A stretch of 64,000 bases of DNA from an uncultured virus (IMG/VR IMGVR_UViG_3300031760_000053) (IMGVR_UViG_3300031760_000053); one strand, 5' to 3'; shown: positions 45,901-55,598, counted from the stretch's first letter. Numbers and translations: made by a program. The notes: generated by a model not told the origin, from the letters alone.

Positions 45901-47454
45901 AACTGCTTGTTCGATGAGAAAATGTATCACGCTTTTGATGGATATGGATACAGAATTGTAAGCTGGAGAGGTGAGAGCGGTCTTGCAAAGGGAAATAGAG
46001 CTTTCCAATACAGTTTCTTAATGAACGACAGATTCAAAAGAAGTAACAAGATGCCTGTAAATTTATTCTTTGGCAACTTCAAGTCTGACCCTGTATTAGC
46101 TTTGCCAGGTACTGCAGAGGATAAAGTATTTTCTCTTGTAACGATGCCAGAAGAGAATAAAGGAATGACAGCAGGAACTATTGGAGAGGATAAAGATGCA
46201 AGACGATATAGTATTCCTGTGTTTACAGAATATGTAAGTACAATGCCAGCAGTTGTAAAGACTATAAGCAGCTACAATCTATCTGTTGTAGATGGTATAA
46301 CGACATTAACATCAGAGAACCACGATTTGCAAAGTGCTTACAAAGCACCTACAAGTGTAGACTTCTCTATTGGAGAAGATAAATACAGATACACTCAAGA
46401 GTATATTTGTTCATTGCAAAACAGTCAGGAAACAAAAGGTGTTACTATAGTAGAGCATTTATGCCCTTGTATTGGCTTGACGTATTTAGGAGCGACACCT
46501 ACAGAAGCGTTGTTTTATTCAAGAGATAACAGGCAGTACTATAGTTACTCAGGTGGAAAGAACATAAGGCTTGTAAGTATGCTAGAAAGATTTAGGAATA
46601 TAATTTCTGGTCGATATGATTTTATCAATCAGGAAATCATAGTACCTGCTTTAGCAAACTTCAAACGGCTTGATGATAAAGTTGAAGATGATGCAGATGA
46701 AACAGACAATGTTTTTATTTTGCGAATGAATGGACAAGAGGTTCAGGGAGAAGTTACACCGCCGCTTGATACTATTTACAAGACAAAAGAGATTGAAAAC
46801 TTTCCTAGTTGGTTTAGAACTTTAAGTTTGCCAATGGGACTGACCTTCCAAGGACCTAACAGATGTATTGTCAACAGGTTTATTGTAAACGAATATATGT
46901 TGCAAGACATAAGGAACAATTACGGAAAATGGAAAAGAGTTCCTAAAGAAGAATATCACCCATTTAGAAAGTACAAGGCAAAGTTCGAGAGTGTAGAACA
47001 CTTTATAGGAGAAGAGGTAAAGGTAGAAGGCTGGACGCATAATCCGTTCTTGCTTGTAACAGCTCCTCTTGGGGTTAACGAAGAACAAGATTGTTTGTTT
47101 GAATGGAACATAACTTTTGTATGGACAAAAGAAATGGATATGCTGTATAATGAAAATGAGTATGCAGTTGTAAATCTTTTGGCTGAAACAATGACAGTAG
47201 GTGGCAAGGTTATTGCTAATAGACCTACTCATATATACCTTACGAAAGAATTGTTTACGAGAACAGGAAACTATGGATACTATTCTTTTAGGTATCAGAG
47301 TAATTGTGGAGCAGGTAACAGAGAGCGGTTGCATATCTGGTCAGACCAGTACATTGCTATAAACAATTTGACGTTGGAGTATAAATCTGTATCGCAAAGA
47401 CATAATGATATTTTGACGCAGCAGGTTGATATTTCCGAACTAGTGGAGGTATAA
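39994..47454 (+). CDS. 2486-aa virion protein, probably tail
   Basis: uninterrupted ORF after the portal; beta-rich, T/S/N-rich composition. Confidence 0.6.
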   Translation: MEGGQKSNIDLTSGIDTQSNDMLVNVNNPKFLHNRQKMQGRYMPNSVRYEHDGWAVDNDIYEFEKDTVLINTYPKGYTVSRDIMSSEIPLYRFIVKDENGNKIGSCKYTPASTLFDSNGQLSIPVSNTLTAKVKFNRGKAQWELVEGENCKVESTRDSQYRYTITVINKAKTFNGSYKFTKGTNLKLGQKEYSLKEQTSTGSKYGTSKVTVETNSTAVTDIKVNGTSIKNSTSRAGTVGIKDKSELTLIPAEKNFLTHFEGIGSTEPLKLIGLDAHDKVIDDYISLAIVCEEGTVGSDGQVTWTEIEQSLLGYDTDGHKYRLRLDVAVPVWGGISFEKGVRKTTTGVPQVTTPEDLATEGDWKLQLKPGKMQSGYLRRYGSRVLLPNITVWKHCKDVTSECTESVISPMQLSVAYEYYKVELTDYWIEDTSAKHEIYDALEEAYEDKEDEYYKTEEERVDDVGSDGSGWHTETHYWYKLPRPKKHTGSKTINNFDYWSWTVSDIQTLTSETGIPTTCTWTSNTEFVQEKGTNSDNTLKEDVDYDYSDLGKIIKEAFYNASMGAWYSQKITATLRSDSKDFNDDTYYHTDVTLNEGNWLANWCRGKDGEPTFQRDTDNWFKYYGCLGDGSIRGFNSPNAYFPKDWKEGVLAMCYKGVFSKYLSLKDSVTSNPKQAKEFTAADLQIEDAPYGGAGTAYNISDLFSLEVGNVRFSTGNNCIGLNLVKKGEEPEFIFYCVKDASSSTDSNKTPKRWDFDETVQSLHDESRYAPGHIWNKTIDLAGSASGNMKAIAVLKTYGSSTAQNTITLSLDAIEPKEKKYITNIAVNKSSLSNFDGFETPDVDKHQSMLDATVFEKGTFSVSTAISNTGAVTATVTETEKIKAIPVGESLKDFGLEATIAADGDSITSITCTPSSVTDESTFDVSYTGDKDTKKIAVNYVAYLTTELGQPYSIKKASDNSDVVTEVKDDIVTATLDTVKFGYSFTKGKVYLSFNKNEESLGSFELKQDEYILTGSVNEKIVTVNTFEKGIKNGITVAKIYENDGLPNAGIRNDGDLLVFEKDKLYSVNLSEFDNSSQQDSLKYFYTRVNDGKEEQFYLGKQYTQKEYQFLKQQWNTTVDVENYWWLDQTHILELTKKEIRVLVRTDELDDWAADKWVVAKTYNRFDYITSNVLKYVVPNLYGAESLTQGGVFLTFEKKNTNSFAINLYEPLNNMTKVFTEVYINKIEIGEFLNGDKESLNSYSDILVENMLSQATFTASLVNGKLFLGIHYDNNFNQWTIVFDRALSERFVVQGYGYVGVNGLLTGGEIPKKYLSDKSEGYIGFNDKVEAISVLGTATEEDKVYIKDLSELSEITDRVVGTDSQQWYISKVITDIVSHIKVSVDNGTVTFTPEYIPITNNYSVNYASGSFGSTVLGDYNPQTRGLTEFIKGAKADGLEKFLSLALSPQVCYFCTKISTMTYLQQTIGQAAYVHYNSKSVHQSLDLANQDSSKNYVPKEAEINRATATGVSSDSIAFDYQSVKQKVQAGDDIYRNLLSLVGAAAISATDNVAMEKMKVNSTVNMSTANDYGKAFGTYFLANAEAAAISDFTGLDMNPKLNSEVAAMKTLDMFYSTSSGQEICAGSGWVNHNFVAQCTAQSTTSVQMEGRQQRYFLMISAITMIPIYALYKAMKCDEEIAETTAESTSGGATVFAGPAGAGTNAAEVALHYATTVALAVLKASKEAYATVVELLPDLLKGLGADKLQTNISSMYTKHNVDIEASHKYGTKMEYFMYPCWNCAGNTYVDEIVDVGIKNKSWYLDMSTHTEIAENEDTVAPDFVTNKPNEDMIEDLKGNVSYFIANIKGSSTEKPLPVGMASVEGVGTFLPTTLYKNENIGESEPVFTTPPFQDYIIDESWSLSRTASVGMTTWVSCKDTKLIDGEPSNFAISDDFCGVASPYAAIEVRRGIEMKYLRPFAITPKVLSLNCTGYNCLFDEKMYHAFDGYGYRIVSWRGESGLAKGNRAFQYSFLMNDRFKRSNKMPVNLFFGNFKSDPVLALPGTAEDKVFSLVTMPEENKGMTAGTIGEDKDARRYSIPVFTEYVSTMPAVVKTISSYNLSVVDGITTLTSENHDLQSAYKAPTSVDFSIGEDKYRYTQEYICSLQNSQETKGVTIVEHLCPCIGLTYLGATPTEALFYSRDNRQYYSYSGGKNIRLVSMLERFRNIISGRYDFINQEIIVPALANFKRLDDKVEDDADETDNVFILRMNGQEVQGEVTPPLDTIYKTKEIENFPSWFRTLSLPMGLTFQGPNRCIVNRFIVNEYMLQDIRNNYGKWKRVPKEEYHPFRKYKAKFESVEHFIGEEVKVEGWTHNPFLLVTAPLGVNEEQDCLFEWNITFVWTKEMDMLYNENEYAVVNLLAETMTVGGKVIANRPTHIYLTKELFTRTGNYGYYSFRYQSNCGAGNRERLHIWSDQYIAINNLTLEYKSVSQRHNDILTQQVDISELVEV

Positions 47455-47458
47455 CAGA

Positions 47459-47740
47459 ATGAATTTGACAGACCTAATTGAAAAAGCAGCCGCTCTAGCT
47501 GGCAAAATTGGTAAAAAAGATTTGCAAGAAAAGTTGTTGCAACTAGCAAAGGAAGCAGAAACGTACCAAAAAGGTTTTGCAGAAGAGTGGAAAAAGTACG
47601 ATGAATCGTCTGCTCCGAGCCCTAAAATGAATGGACAGGAAACAAGAAAAGCAATATCAAGTGTACTCAGAGAAGCCTTAGACCCAGCACAAAGGTCAGA
47701 GAGCTATGGTGCTGAAGATTATTTGGCAAAGAACAGATAA
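47459..47740 (+). CDS. hypothetical virion-associated protein
   Basis: GGAGG RBS. Confidence 0.6.
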   Translation: MNLTDLIEKAAALAGKIGKKDLQEKLLQLAKEAETYQKGFAEEWKKYDESSAPSPKMNGQETRKAISSVLREALDPAQRSESYGAEDYLAKNR

Positions 47741-47758
47741 ACAGGGAGATTGAAATAA

Positions 47759-48526
47759 ATGGCGTTAACTGCAGAAGAACAGCAAGAGCTTGCAGCTTTG
47801 TTGGATAAGATGGATACTTATGAAAAAAAGAGTTTCTTTCAAAAACTAAAAGAAACACGAGATGGTGACTTAATGGATATGCCCACAAGTGGTGACAAGA
47901 AAAGACTTGGAGAACTCAAGTCAAAGCTGAAAGAGCCGAGTGGAGAAACTCCGAAAGCCCCCACAGAAAGTCAATCAAAAGAAGAGCCACCGAAAGAAGA
48001 GTCGAAAGAAGAGTCAAAGGAATCTACAACAACGCCACCAAGCAATGTTGTAGGAAAAGGACAGACGGCGAGTGCAGGTGGTGCTGTTGTAGAGGGGGCA
48101 GCTCCTCAAACACCAACGTCAAACAAACCTGATGACAGGGTTTTCATACAAGGCAGTTCATATAAAGATGTAGCAAATGCTCAGCCAGGACAGTGGATAC
48201 GCAATTCAAAGGGCGAGCGACAGCTTACACAGGGTGATATAAATTGGGCGAAACAGAAACTGGAAGAACAGTCTGCTCCCAAACAGACAAATCCAAGCAA
48301 TCCTTCTGCAATTCAAAGCGGCACACAAGGCAAAACAGAAGGTGATAAACTAGAAGATGAGTATAATCTGTGGAAAAGAAAATATGGACCTGAAAAGGCT
48401 TTGAGATTGTTTCAACAAGGAGTAGCTCCTAAACTTGAAAACGATAACCAAGTTCAAAGATATATAGAAGCTAAGAAGAGCATATTAAGCGCAACACAAG
48501 ACAATACAGTACCAGGACAGCGATGA
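47759..48526 (+). CDS. low-complexity putative internal virion protein
   Basis: P/E/S/K-rich ORF. Confidence 0.6.
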   Translation: MALTAEEQQELAALLDKMDTYEKKSFFQKLKETRDGDLMDMPTSGDKKRLGELKSKLKEPSGETPKAPTESQSKEEPPKEESKEESKESTTTPPSNVVGKGQTASAGGAVVEGAAPQTPTSNKPDDRVFIQGSSYKDVANAQPGQWIRNSKGERQLTQGDINWAKQKLEEQSAPKQTNPSNPSAIQSGTQGKTEGDKLEDEYNLWKRKYGPEKALRLFQQGVAPKLENDNQVQRYIEAKKSILSATQDNTVPGQR

Positions 48527-50277
48527 ACAACTCAGGACTTACGGAATACGAAAACAAATACACCAGACCTGTAATGAACAATTCTGAACTTAAAGAATAC
48601 GAAAGGCAGGCTGAGGAACTCGAAAAATATCACGATGCTAAGCAGCAGAAAAAAGATGCTGATATGTACCAAAAGTATTCTCAAGAAAGAGATGCTGAAT
48701 ACGGTCAGCTAGAATCTGATAAAAAGACTGAACTGGGCATTGCGGATAGATTAGCTCACGACAGAGCTAAGAAGGATGCAGCTGCGGCAGGGAAAAGTGA
48801 TGACTGGCTTTCTTATTATGATAAGTATAAAGAAGAAGAGTTTTCTCAGATAGAAAGCAAGTATGAAGACCTAAAGAGAATGGTTGATAACAGCCTTTCT
48901 CAAAAATGGGGTTCTTCAAAAATGGAGATGGTAAAACGGGAACAGCAGCGTCAAGATGATAAGGCTGCAGAAAGAGCCAAGTCTGAGGAAATTGATACTG
49001 CTCATCGTCTTTCAACAGAAAAAGCGGCAAAAGAAAATGGAAAAGTTCCTGATAGCGGTACTAAAAGCAGTACTGATAGTTCTACTGAAAATGGTGGCGA
49101 TAAGGGGAGTTCAAGTACTGACAGTGCTACTAGTACTGACGGTGCTAGTGGTAATTCTTCAACGCCTTCTTCGACAACGACGACGAAAGAACAAAAGACT
49201 ACCACAAGAACAGGAGCTGTAAACCCTGTTGTAAGTGGACTAAGGTCTTTTTGGGATAGAAAATTTGGAAAGACAACAGACCCGATGGGGCGCAGTACAG
49301 GGCTAAGAGCGCAAGCAGATTTGCATAATGTTGAAGCTGGAGAGCATCGGGCGGCAGCTCAGAGAGAAAACCAGATTGCTAATCGTGACCCTAGACGAGA
49401 AGCAGGGCTTGATGGAGCTGCTGAATATCACGATAAGAACGCTCAGAAAGTAAATAACAGGGGCAATGTTAGTGCTGGTGCAGCAGCTTTGGAACGAGAA
49501 GAAGGTTACGGAAATCCTGATACTCATAGAAACAGGGCTGACCAAGCAAGGCAGAAAGGTGTTGAGAACACTGAAAAAGCGTACGATGAGGACCAGGTAG
49601 CAATACAGGAACGTACATCAGGGGACGTTTATGATTACGTTGCAAGAGATATGCAGAGTAGTAATGATGAAACAAATGCTTTGTCACAGGGAAGTGGGGA
49701 TAATACAACAAAGACTGAAACCAAAACAGAAACCAAAACTCCTGAACCAGAAAAAACTGACCCTCCAAAACCAACCGTTTATCCAGAAGAAAAAACGGCT
49801 ACATTGATTCCGCAATGGGCTTTGAATTATATAACATATTCTAAAGACCCAATGTCTAAACAAAATCCAGACGGAAAAGGAAAAGACCCTTTTATTGGAA
49901 TGAACCAGTATAACAAAGGAAAAGAGTATGCAACAACTCAGTATCACGGTGATAACACTTGGAATGATAAGGTAGCAAGTGAAGCGCAGCCGATTTCACC
50001 AGAAGATATTGAAGCGTATAACAAGAAACACGGAACAAGTTACAATCCGCAGAACTACCCTGGCGAAGGAGAGATGCAAAACATCGTTGCAGAACTTAGA
50101 CCTAATTGGTACAAGTGGTGGAAAGGTGTTAGCGGACGCTTTGATGATAACGGACATCAGAAAAATCTAGGAGATGTCGTAGATGGAAAAGTCGTAGGAC
50201 GAGATGAGATTGACAACAAGCAAACGAATACATACACTGAGCCAATCGTAGACGCTATAACTGGTCCTAATAACTAA
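48523..50277 (+). CDS. putative internal/ejection protein
   Basis: charged helical and S/T-rich segments. Confidence 0.6.
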   Translation: MNNSGLTEYENKYTRPVMNNSELKEYERQAEELEKYHDAKQQKKDADMYQKYSQERDAEYGQLESDKKTELGIADRLAHDRAKKDAAAAGKSDDWLSYYDKYKEEEFSQIESKYEDLKRMVDNSLSQKWGSSKMEMVKREQQRQDDKAAERAKSEEIDTAHRLSTEKAAKENGKVPDSGTKSSTDSSTENGGDKGSSSTDSATSTDGASGNSSTPSSTTTTKEQKTTTRTGAVNPVVSGLRSFWDRKFGKTTDPMGRSTGLRAQADLHNVEAGEHRAAAQRENQIANRDPRREAGLDGAAEYHDKNAQKVNNRGNVSAGAAALEREEGYGNPDTHRNRADQARQKGVENTEKAYDEDQVAIQERTSGDVYDYVARDMQSSNDETNALSQGSGDNTTKTETKTETKTPEPEKTDPPKPTVYPEEKTATLIPQWALNYITYSKDPMSKQNPDGKGKDPFIGMNQYNKGKEYATTQYHGDNTWNDKVASEAQPISPEDIEAYNKKHGTSYNPQNYPGEGEMQNIVAELRPNWYKWWKGVSGRFDDNGHQKNLGDVVDGKVVGRDEIDNKQTNTYTEPIVDAITGPNN

Positions 50278-50286
50278 GGAGTTTTT

Positions 50287-51324
50287 ATGGAAAACATAGA
50301 CGAAGTGCTTGCTTATATTTACAAGGTATTAAATCTGCCTGATACAAAGAAAAATCTTACTATAAAAAAAGCTGCTTTAGAAACTCTTGCTAAGTTAGCT
50401 AATGCTGAATCAACAGAAAGAAATAAAACTGCTAGTGTGCAAAGCAGTGCGTTGGATAGACAGAGTAAGCAACAACTATCAGATAAGCAGCTTGAGATAG
50501 AGAATCTTAGAATGAAGACCGCTGCATCGAAAGCAGCAGCACAAGATGCTACCAACAAAACAAGAGAAAAGCTAGAGCAGATGAAGATTGACGCAGCTAA
50601 GTCTAAGCAAGATTTTTCTGCTGGAAAAATACAAGATGACAGAGCGCACGAGATAGAGTTGGAAAACTTGAAAACGGATAGAGCGCAAAAGATAGCTGAC
50701 TACAGAAAAGACTTAGCTGCGTATGAAAGAGAAACGGGGCAGATAAATAATCAAGCCCGAAAAGACCTTAAAGAGATGGAGCGACAGTATGAATTAGAGG
50801 ATAGACAATATAGAGAGCAAAAAGAAAAAGAAGCGAAAGCTGAGCAAGCTGCTTTTGATAAGAAAGCAGAAGCAGTAGAGAAAGCAAACGCTCAAGAAAG
50901 ACTAGGTTCTCTCAGGACGGGGACTGCTGTTAGTTTAATAGGCAACCTGTTAGGAAACATAGCAGAAGGATATGCACAAAGATTAACGGATAAAGCAAAC
51001 GCTGCGGCAAAAAGAGATGAAGCGTATGCTGCAATATTAAATGCAATAAGTAGCAAAACGCCTGGTTGGTCACAAATACAAGAAACGTTACACGGGGCAT
51101 CTCCAACAGCTCAGGCAGCTTCTGCTATGGCAGCGGTTCGACAGGGCGATGCTGACATAAAGAGAGCCGATGCTGCTATTGAAGCGAACACTTACAATAA
51201 GATAGGGTCATCAATAAAAGACGCTGCAGACATTGCCAAGGCATATTCTATTATGAAGATGGGTGGAACAGGTTCTATGTTCCACGGATTAGGTTCGTTA
51301 ATCAATGCAACAAGAGGAAGATAA
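50287..51324 (+). CDS. putative ejection protein (Ala-rich coiled coil)
   Basis: A/K/E/Q-rich helices; AAGGAG RBS. Confidence 0.6.
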   Translation: MENIDEVLAYIYKVLNLPDTKKNLTIKKAALETLAKLANAESTERNKTASVQSSALDRQSKQQLSDKQLEIENLRMKTAASKAAAQDATNKTREKLEQMKIDAAKSKQDFSAGKIQDDRAHEIELENLKTDRAQKIADYRKDLAAYERETGQINNQARKDLKEMERQYELEDRQYREQKEKEAKAEQAAFDKKAEAVEKANAQERLGSLRTGTAVSLIGNLLGNIAEGYAQRLTDKANAAAKRDEAYAAILNAISSKTPGWSQIQETLHGASPTAQAASAMAAVRQGDADIKRADAAIEANTYNKIGSSIKDAADIAKAYSIMKMGGTGSMFHGLGSLINATRGR

Positions 51325-51329
51325 AAAAA

Positions 51330-51737
51330 ATGGAAGGCGAAGATAGAAAAAATAGGCTTAGAGAGCTGGCAAACAAAGACAGTCTGTCACCAGATGAAAT
51401 TGGAATGGCATACGACTTTGCTCAAGAAGATGGCTATCAAGACGAAGAGTTTGAACAAGGGTTAGCAGATTTGTATGCTAAGTACATTCGCAATTATCTG
51501 TACACCTACAAGGACCAAGCAAAAGCTATTGACCCTAGCATAGACCCTAATGAAGAACACATAGGACCTATGGCGCAGGACATAGAAAAGGTTGCTCCTG
51601 ATTGCGTAAAAGAAACGGAGAATGGGACAAAAGTTGTTGACGGAAACAGGCTTGCTTTGGTAAACTCAGGGGTGATAGCAGACCTTGCTAGACGCATTGA
51701 TGATTTAGAAATAAGATTATTCGGAGGTAAAAACTGA
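51330..51737 (+). CDS. stand-alone Peptidase S74 / intramolecular-chaperone-like domain
   Basis: YLYTYK...IGPMAQDIEKVAPDCV...VD...IADLARRIDDLE; lacks the N-terminal SD.R.K motif. Confidence 0.7.
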   Translation: MEGEDRKNRLRELANKDSLSPDEIGMAYDFAQEDGYQDEEFEQGLADLYAKYIRNYLYTYKDQAKAIDPSIDPNEEHIGPMAQDIEKVAPDCVKETENGTKVVDGNRLALVNSGVIADLARRIDDLEIRLFGGKN

Positions 51738-52885
51738 TGGCAATGAAAGCTAGAGAAGTGGAAACAGCAGGTAACGCTAGAAACAATAATGCTTATGCAA
51801 GCAATGCTCCGAAAACTCAACAGAGAGCGCAACCACAGCAAAAACAGCAGCCACAACAATCGTCGGAAGATGAGCTTAAACGTCAGTATTTGCAAGACCC
51901 CGACGGACAAGCTGAAATCATAGCAGGGCTTCAAGTACTAAAGAAAGTTGTTGATGCTTATGATATGACATCAGGAGCTGTTGCTGCTAGGAATCAGGGG
52001 AAAAGTCTATTACAGCTAGGTTTTGATTTTATAAAGCAACAAGCTGCGGAGATAAAATCCTACTTTGACCCAACAGCATCAGGTACAGCAGCACAAAATG
52101 CAATAGCACCTAGTGTAGCAAACGCTGTAAGAAATCTTGGTTTGAATAACCCAAAGGAGAGAGTTTTCTTAAAGGAAAATGCGGAAAAGCTAAAGACGAT
52201 TCGAGAACTTTTTTCCAAAGAACAATTAAAACCTTTTGCACAGAAAGCTGGGTTTTCTGCAGGGACAGAAGACCATTACTTAAAATTTTTGTACAGCGAC
52301 CAATGGGATAATATGGTGTATGCATTGATTAAAGATGACTCCGTTTTGGACAAAGTCACGAGAGATGCACAAAAGATTGACACTAGTAATGCAGCTAAAG
52401 CGATGCAATGGGAAGATGGAACACCATTTGTTGCCAGCTCTGTAAGAGATACAGACACTTTAAGAACTTTAGGCAAGTCTGGTAAAGAGCTTGGTAAGAT
52501 GATGGCTAATGTGGGTGACACTGTTACAGACATTGGATACAAAATCAGAAGCCTAGTAGGTGAGGATAATCATCAGCCTATAGAAGGTATCAATCCTGAA
52601 TGGCATATAAATCGCAATGGTGTTAAGGAACGCTATAATCCTGCAACAACAAATGAGTTGTCAAACCTAAGACGCATTTATGACCAGTGTCAAAACTCCT
52701 ATAAAACTTTAATTGCATTGGCAAACAAAGTTGAAACGAATTCCAAAGAAGAGTATGATATTATCAAAGGGTATGTAGATGCAAATCCAAAGTACGAATC
52801 GCCCCAAAACATAGAGCAGTTAAAGAATGTGCTACTAACTCATCCAGCTGGACTCACATCTAGCTATGCTCAGCCACAACAGTAA
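51737..52885 (+). CDS. putative internal virion protein
   Basis: 382-aa ORF, GGAGG RBS. Confidence 0.6.
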   Translation: MAMKAREVETAGNARNNNAYASNAPKTQQRAQPQQKQQPQQSSEDELKRQYLQDPDGQAEIIAGLQVLKKVVDAYDMTSGAVAARNQGKSLLQLGFDFIKQQAAEIKSYFDPTASGTAAQNAIAPSVANAVRNLGLNNPKERVFLKENAEKLKTIRELFSKEQLKPFAQKAGFSAGTEDHYLKFLYSDQWDNMVYALIKDDSVLDKVTRDAQKIDTSNAAKAMQWEDGTPFVASSVRDTDTLRTLGKSGKELGKMMANVGDTVTDIGYKIRSLVGEDNHQPIEGINPEWHINRNGVKERYNPATTNELSNLRRIYDQCQNSYKTLIALANKVETNSKEEYDIIKGYVDANPKYESPQNIEQLKNVLLTHPAGLTSSYAQPQQ

Positions 52886-52905
52886 AATATATAAGGAGTT
52901 AAATA

Positions 52906-54000
52906 ATGAGTCAGATACAATGGGCAGCAGGTACATCAAACGGTGGGAAAGTTTACACAATGAAAGTGGTGTCGTCTAAAGCGTCGTCTAACACACCTCA
53001 AAATCCTGAAGCGAAAACAGGAACGCAAAAAACTGGCTCAGGGTCTATTTTGTCAACACAGGTTGATGCACCTGTTGACCCTGCTAAGACATATCAAAAA
53101 CAAATGGAAGAAGTCCAGCAGAGTGACACTTACAAAAAGAGCCCTGAAAGAGAGGATGCTTATCAAGGAAAGACAGATGAATACTTAGACAAAAGAACTA
53201 CGCCTGAGTATAAATCTAAACTAGACCCTCAGTGGAATCAAAACCTTGCTCAACAGGGACAGCTTACTGGTAGAGGATTTACGCACAATCTACAACTCTC
53301 AAGACTTGCGGATGCTTATAACAATCGAAGGCATTTGAAAGCGACTGATATTGGACACAGAACTCTGCACTATGGTACTACAGGAACTGGTGCTGACAAT
53401 GCAGGAAGCGAAAGATGGCAACCTATCGAAACGCAAGAGATGCGTCAGATGAGGGAAAATGAAGCTATCAATAAGCAGGTTCGTCAGAATGATGTAGAAC
53501 GACAAAACAAAGTCCGAAACTATGCTTACGACTTAAACAACAAAATTGATAACCAGAATCTTGGGTATGTTGATTACGAGAGAAAAGGTACAACAGGTTT
53601 GTTGTTTGATATTGAGAGAGCAAGAATTGACTCTGAATATGCTGCACAACAGGCTCAGAAACTCCGACAACAAGAAGCTATCTTTGAGCAGAAACTCCGC
53701 TTGAAGTTCTCAGAAGCTGCACTAAAACTTATCTTGAGCTATGGTAGCTGTAAAGAAGTTGAGAATATGCTGTATCAGATATTAGGAGGAACATACGGAT
53801 ACGCAGCTAGTGCTATAGAGCAAGCCTTGTCAGAAAGTTATGATGAACGAGTAAGGGCTATATATAACGATGCAAGAGCGCAGGGGAAGCCTATAACTTG
53901 GGGTGATGCTTACGATTTTGAAAAACTTATCGAATTTAGAACAGGGGCAAGGGTCGCCGAAAGACAAGCTGATATAGCGCAGGACGCAGCCAGAAACTAA
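52906..54000 (+). CDS. putative internal virion protein
   Basis: 364-aa Q-rich ORF, AAGGAG RBS. Confidence 0.6.
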   Translation: MSQIQWAAGTSNGGKVYTMKVVSSKASSNTPQNPEAKTGTQKTGSGSILSTQVDAPVDPAKTYQKQMEEVQQSDTYKKSPEREDAYQGKTDEYLDKRTTPEYKSKLDPQWNQNLAQQGQLTGRGFTHNLQLSRLADAYNNRRHLKATDIGHRTLHYGTTGTGADNAGSERWQPIETQEMRQMRENEAINKQVRQNDVERQNKVRNYAYDLNNKIDNQNLGYVDYERKGTTGLLFDIERARIDSEYAAQQAQKLRQQEAIFEQKLRLKFSEAALKLILSYGSCKEVENMLYQILGGTYGYAASAIEQALSESYDERVRAIYNDARAQGKPITWGDAYDFEKLIEFRTGARVAERQADIAQDAARN

Positions 54001-54011
54001 GGAGATAACTG

Positions 54012-55292
54012 ATGCTACAAATAGAAAATAAATCATTTGCCAGTGACGCTCTTGAAGATGCTATGCGACTAGCACAGGTAAAGGCGATGAACAGCTTTAC
54101 CTTCTCAGATTGTTTGATGTATCTAAACTATGCTTGGAGAGATATATACGACCGAATGGCTATGATAGATGATGGCTATTACGGGACAAACGTTCGTATT
54201 ACAGAGAAGCTGACAAAACTTCCTCCATTTGTAAAAAACACAGTGCAGATATATGAGGCACAATCGCCTATAGATAGCAATCGTTTGCTCTATCGCAACA
54301 GTGGCACTATGGATATGACAGCTCCTAGGACGTATAAAATTAGTGGAACAGACTTGTACGTTCCTGACGCAGAAAGAAAGACTGTATGGCTGTACTATGT
54401 CCCGATGTGCAAGCAGATATTTTTCACGCATCACAATCGTGACCCAAAGATTCACGATGAGTACCCTGTAAAGATGAACAGTATTTACAATCTTTGGAAG
54501 TTAAGACTTTCAAAGAAGGTTACTATCACAAACGAAGACGGGACGACTAGTGACACATTTGTCGAGATACCTATTGACAACAGGTCTGAATTATTGGATA
54601 ATGAAAGTATTGCTAAGATTGAGATGGTCCGTAGAACTGCTACAGGTGTTAACAACCAAGATGTAGAAGATGTTACAGACCGTTTCACGATAGAAGCTGA
54701 TGAAGCTGATGAAGGTGAACAATGGAAACTGACTTACATAAGTTGTGACTATCCGTACATCTTTGTTAGTTATAAGCATAATATAACAGGCGACCATAAG
54801 TCAGGTTTTTTCGACAGAGAGTGGAATTGGAATGACTATAATCCTTTCTCTTTTATCGGACGAGATAGCAATGTGGAATATATTGCTACCAAGTGGAACG
54901 ATAAAACAGGTATGGGTGTTGTTATTCGAGATTGGAACGATACCTACAACACCGTTGTTGACACGGATAGTACTCCGAGTACAGCATCCGTGGGCGGGGC
55001 TATTGAAACCCAAGTAGATGGTAGTGGCAAGAAAGTTGTTACTACTGCGAAATTAAAAGAATTGGGATGGACACCAGATACATTGCTTGATTATCCTATA
55101 CCAGAGATGTACAGGTATCTGGTTGCCCGTCTTGCCGACAAGTTTTCTGCCCTAAATGAGAGCAACATTATGGGTGTACAAAAAGAACTAGTAGAAGCAA
55201 GGTTTGCTTTTGAGTCGTTCCTTGACAGGGATAAGAGTGCTTTCAAACGAATGGTGAATGTAAATCCACCTACTGTGGATGATTGGTTGTAA
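54012..55292 (+). CDS. putative head-tail adaptor protein with large insertion
   Basis: ASDALEDAMRLA...YLNYAWRDIYD N-terminus and IPEMYRYLVARLA C-terminus typical of podovirus adaptors. Confidence 0.6.
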   Translation: MLQIENKSFASDALEDAMRLAQVKAMNSFTFSDCLMYLNYAWRDIYDRMAMIDDGYYGTNVRITEKLTKLPPFVKNTVQIYEAQSPIDSNRLLYRNSGTMDMTAPRTYKISGTDLYVPDAERKTVWLYYVPMCKQIFFTHHNRDPKIHDEYPVKMNSIYNLWKLRLSKKVTITNEDGTTSDTFVEIPIDNRSELLDNESIAKIEMVRRTATGVNNQDVEDVTDRFTIEADEADEGEQWKLTYISCDYPYIFVSYKHNITGDHKSGFFDREWNWNDYNPFSFIGRDSNVEYIATKWNDKTGMGVVIRDWNDTYNTVVDTDSTPSTASVGGAIETQVDGSGKKVVTTAKLKELGWTPDTLLDYPIPEMYRYLVARLADKFSALNESNIMGVQKELVEARFAFESFLDRDKSAFKRMVNVNPPTVDDWL

Positions 55293-55567
55293 TGATGGAC
55301 AGAGAGATGAATACAGCTCTGCGGCTAAAACTCAAACAGAATTTTTTGCCGCAGAACTTTAACAATGACAACATTCGCAGACGAGCGGTGATTCTTTTGA
55401 TGAACACTGCTAGAGATAGAGATTTTAATAATCGTCAGCAAAGAAGTGAACAAGAATACAGGCGACTAGCAGAGGAAGCTATAAGAAATTTCTGTGCTAC
55501 TTGCAGAGAAGAAGAAGGTTTGGGAAACAGATTTGGAAGTAATAACAGTCTTTACAAACAAAGATAG
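55292..55567 (+). CDS. hypothetical protein
   Basis: ATG overlapping upstream TAA. Confidence 0.55.
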   Translation: MMDREMNTALRLKLKQNFLPQNFNNDNIRRRAVILLMNTARDRDFNNRQQRSEQEYRRLAEEAIRNFCATCREEEGLGNRFGSNNSLYKQR

Positions 55568-55579
55568 ATGTATTATACT
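55551..55579 (+). promoter_or_regulatory. sigma70-type promoter for scaffold/capsid genes
   Basis: TTTACA, 17 bp, TATACT. Confidence 0.65.
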
Positions 55580-55598
55580 TCTAAGGAGAGTATAATTT

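Noticed and set aside
39994..47454. Virion RNA polymerase (crAss- or N4-like)
   Set aside because: The only DxDxD-like string noticed (DVDYD) lies in an acidic patch without RNA polymerase context; composition is tail-like.
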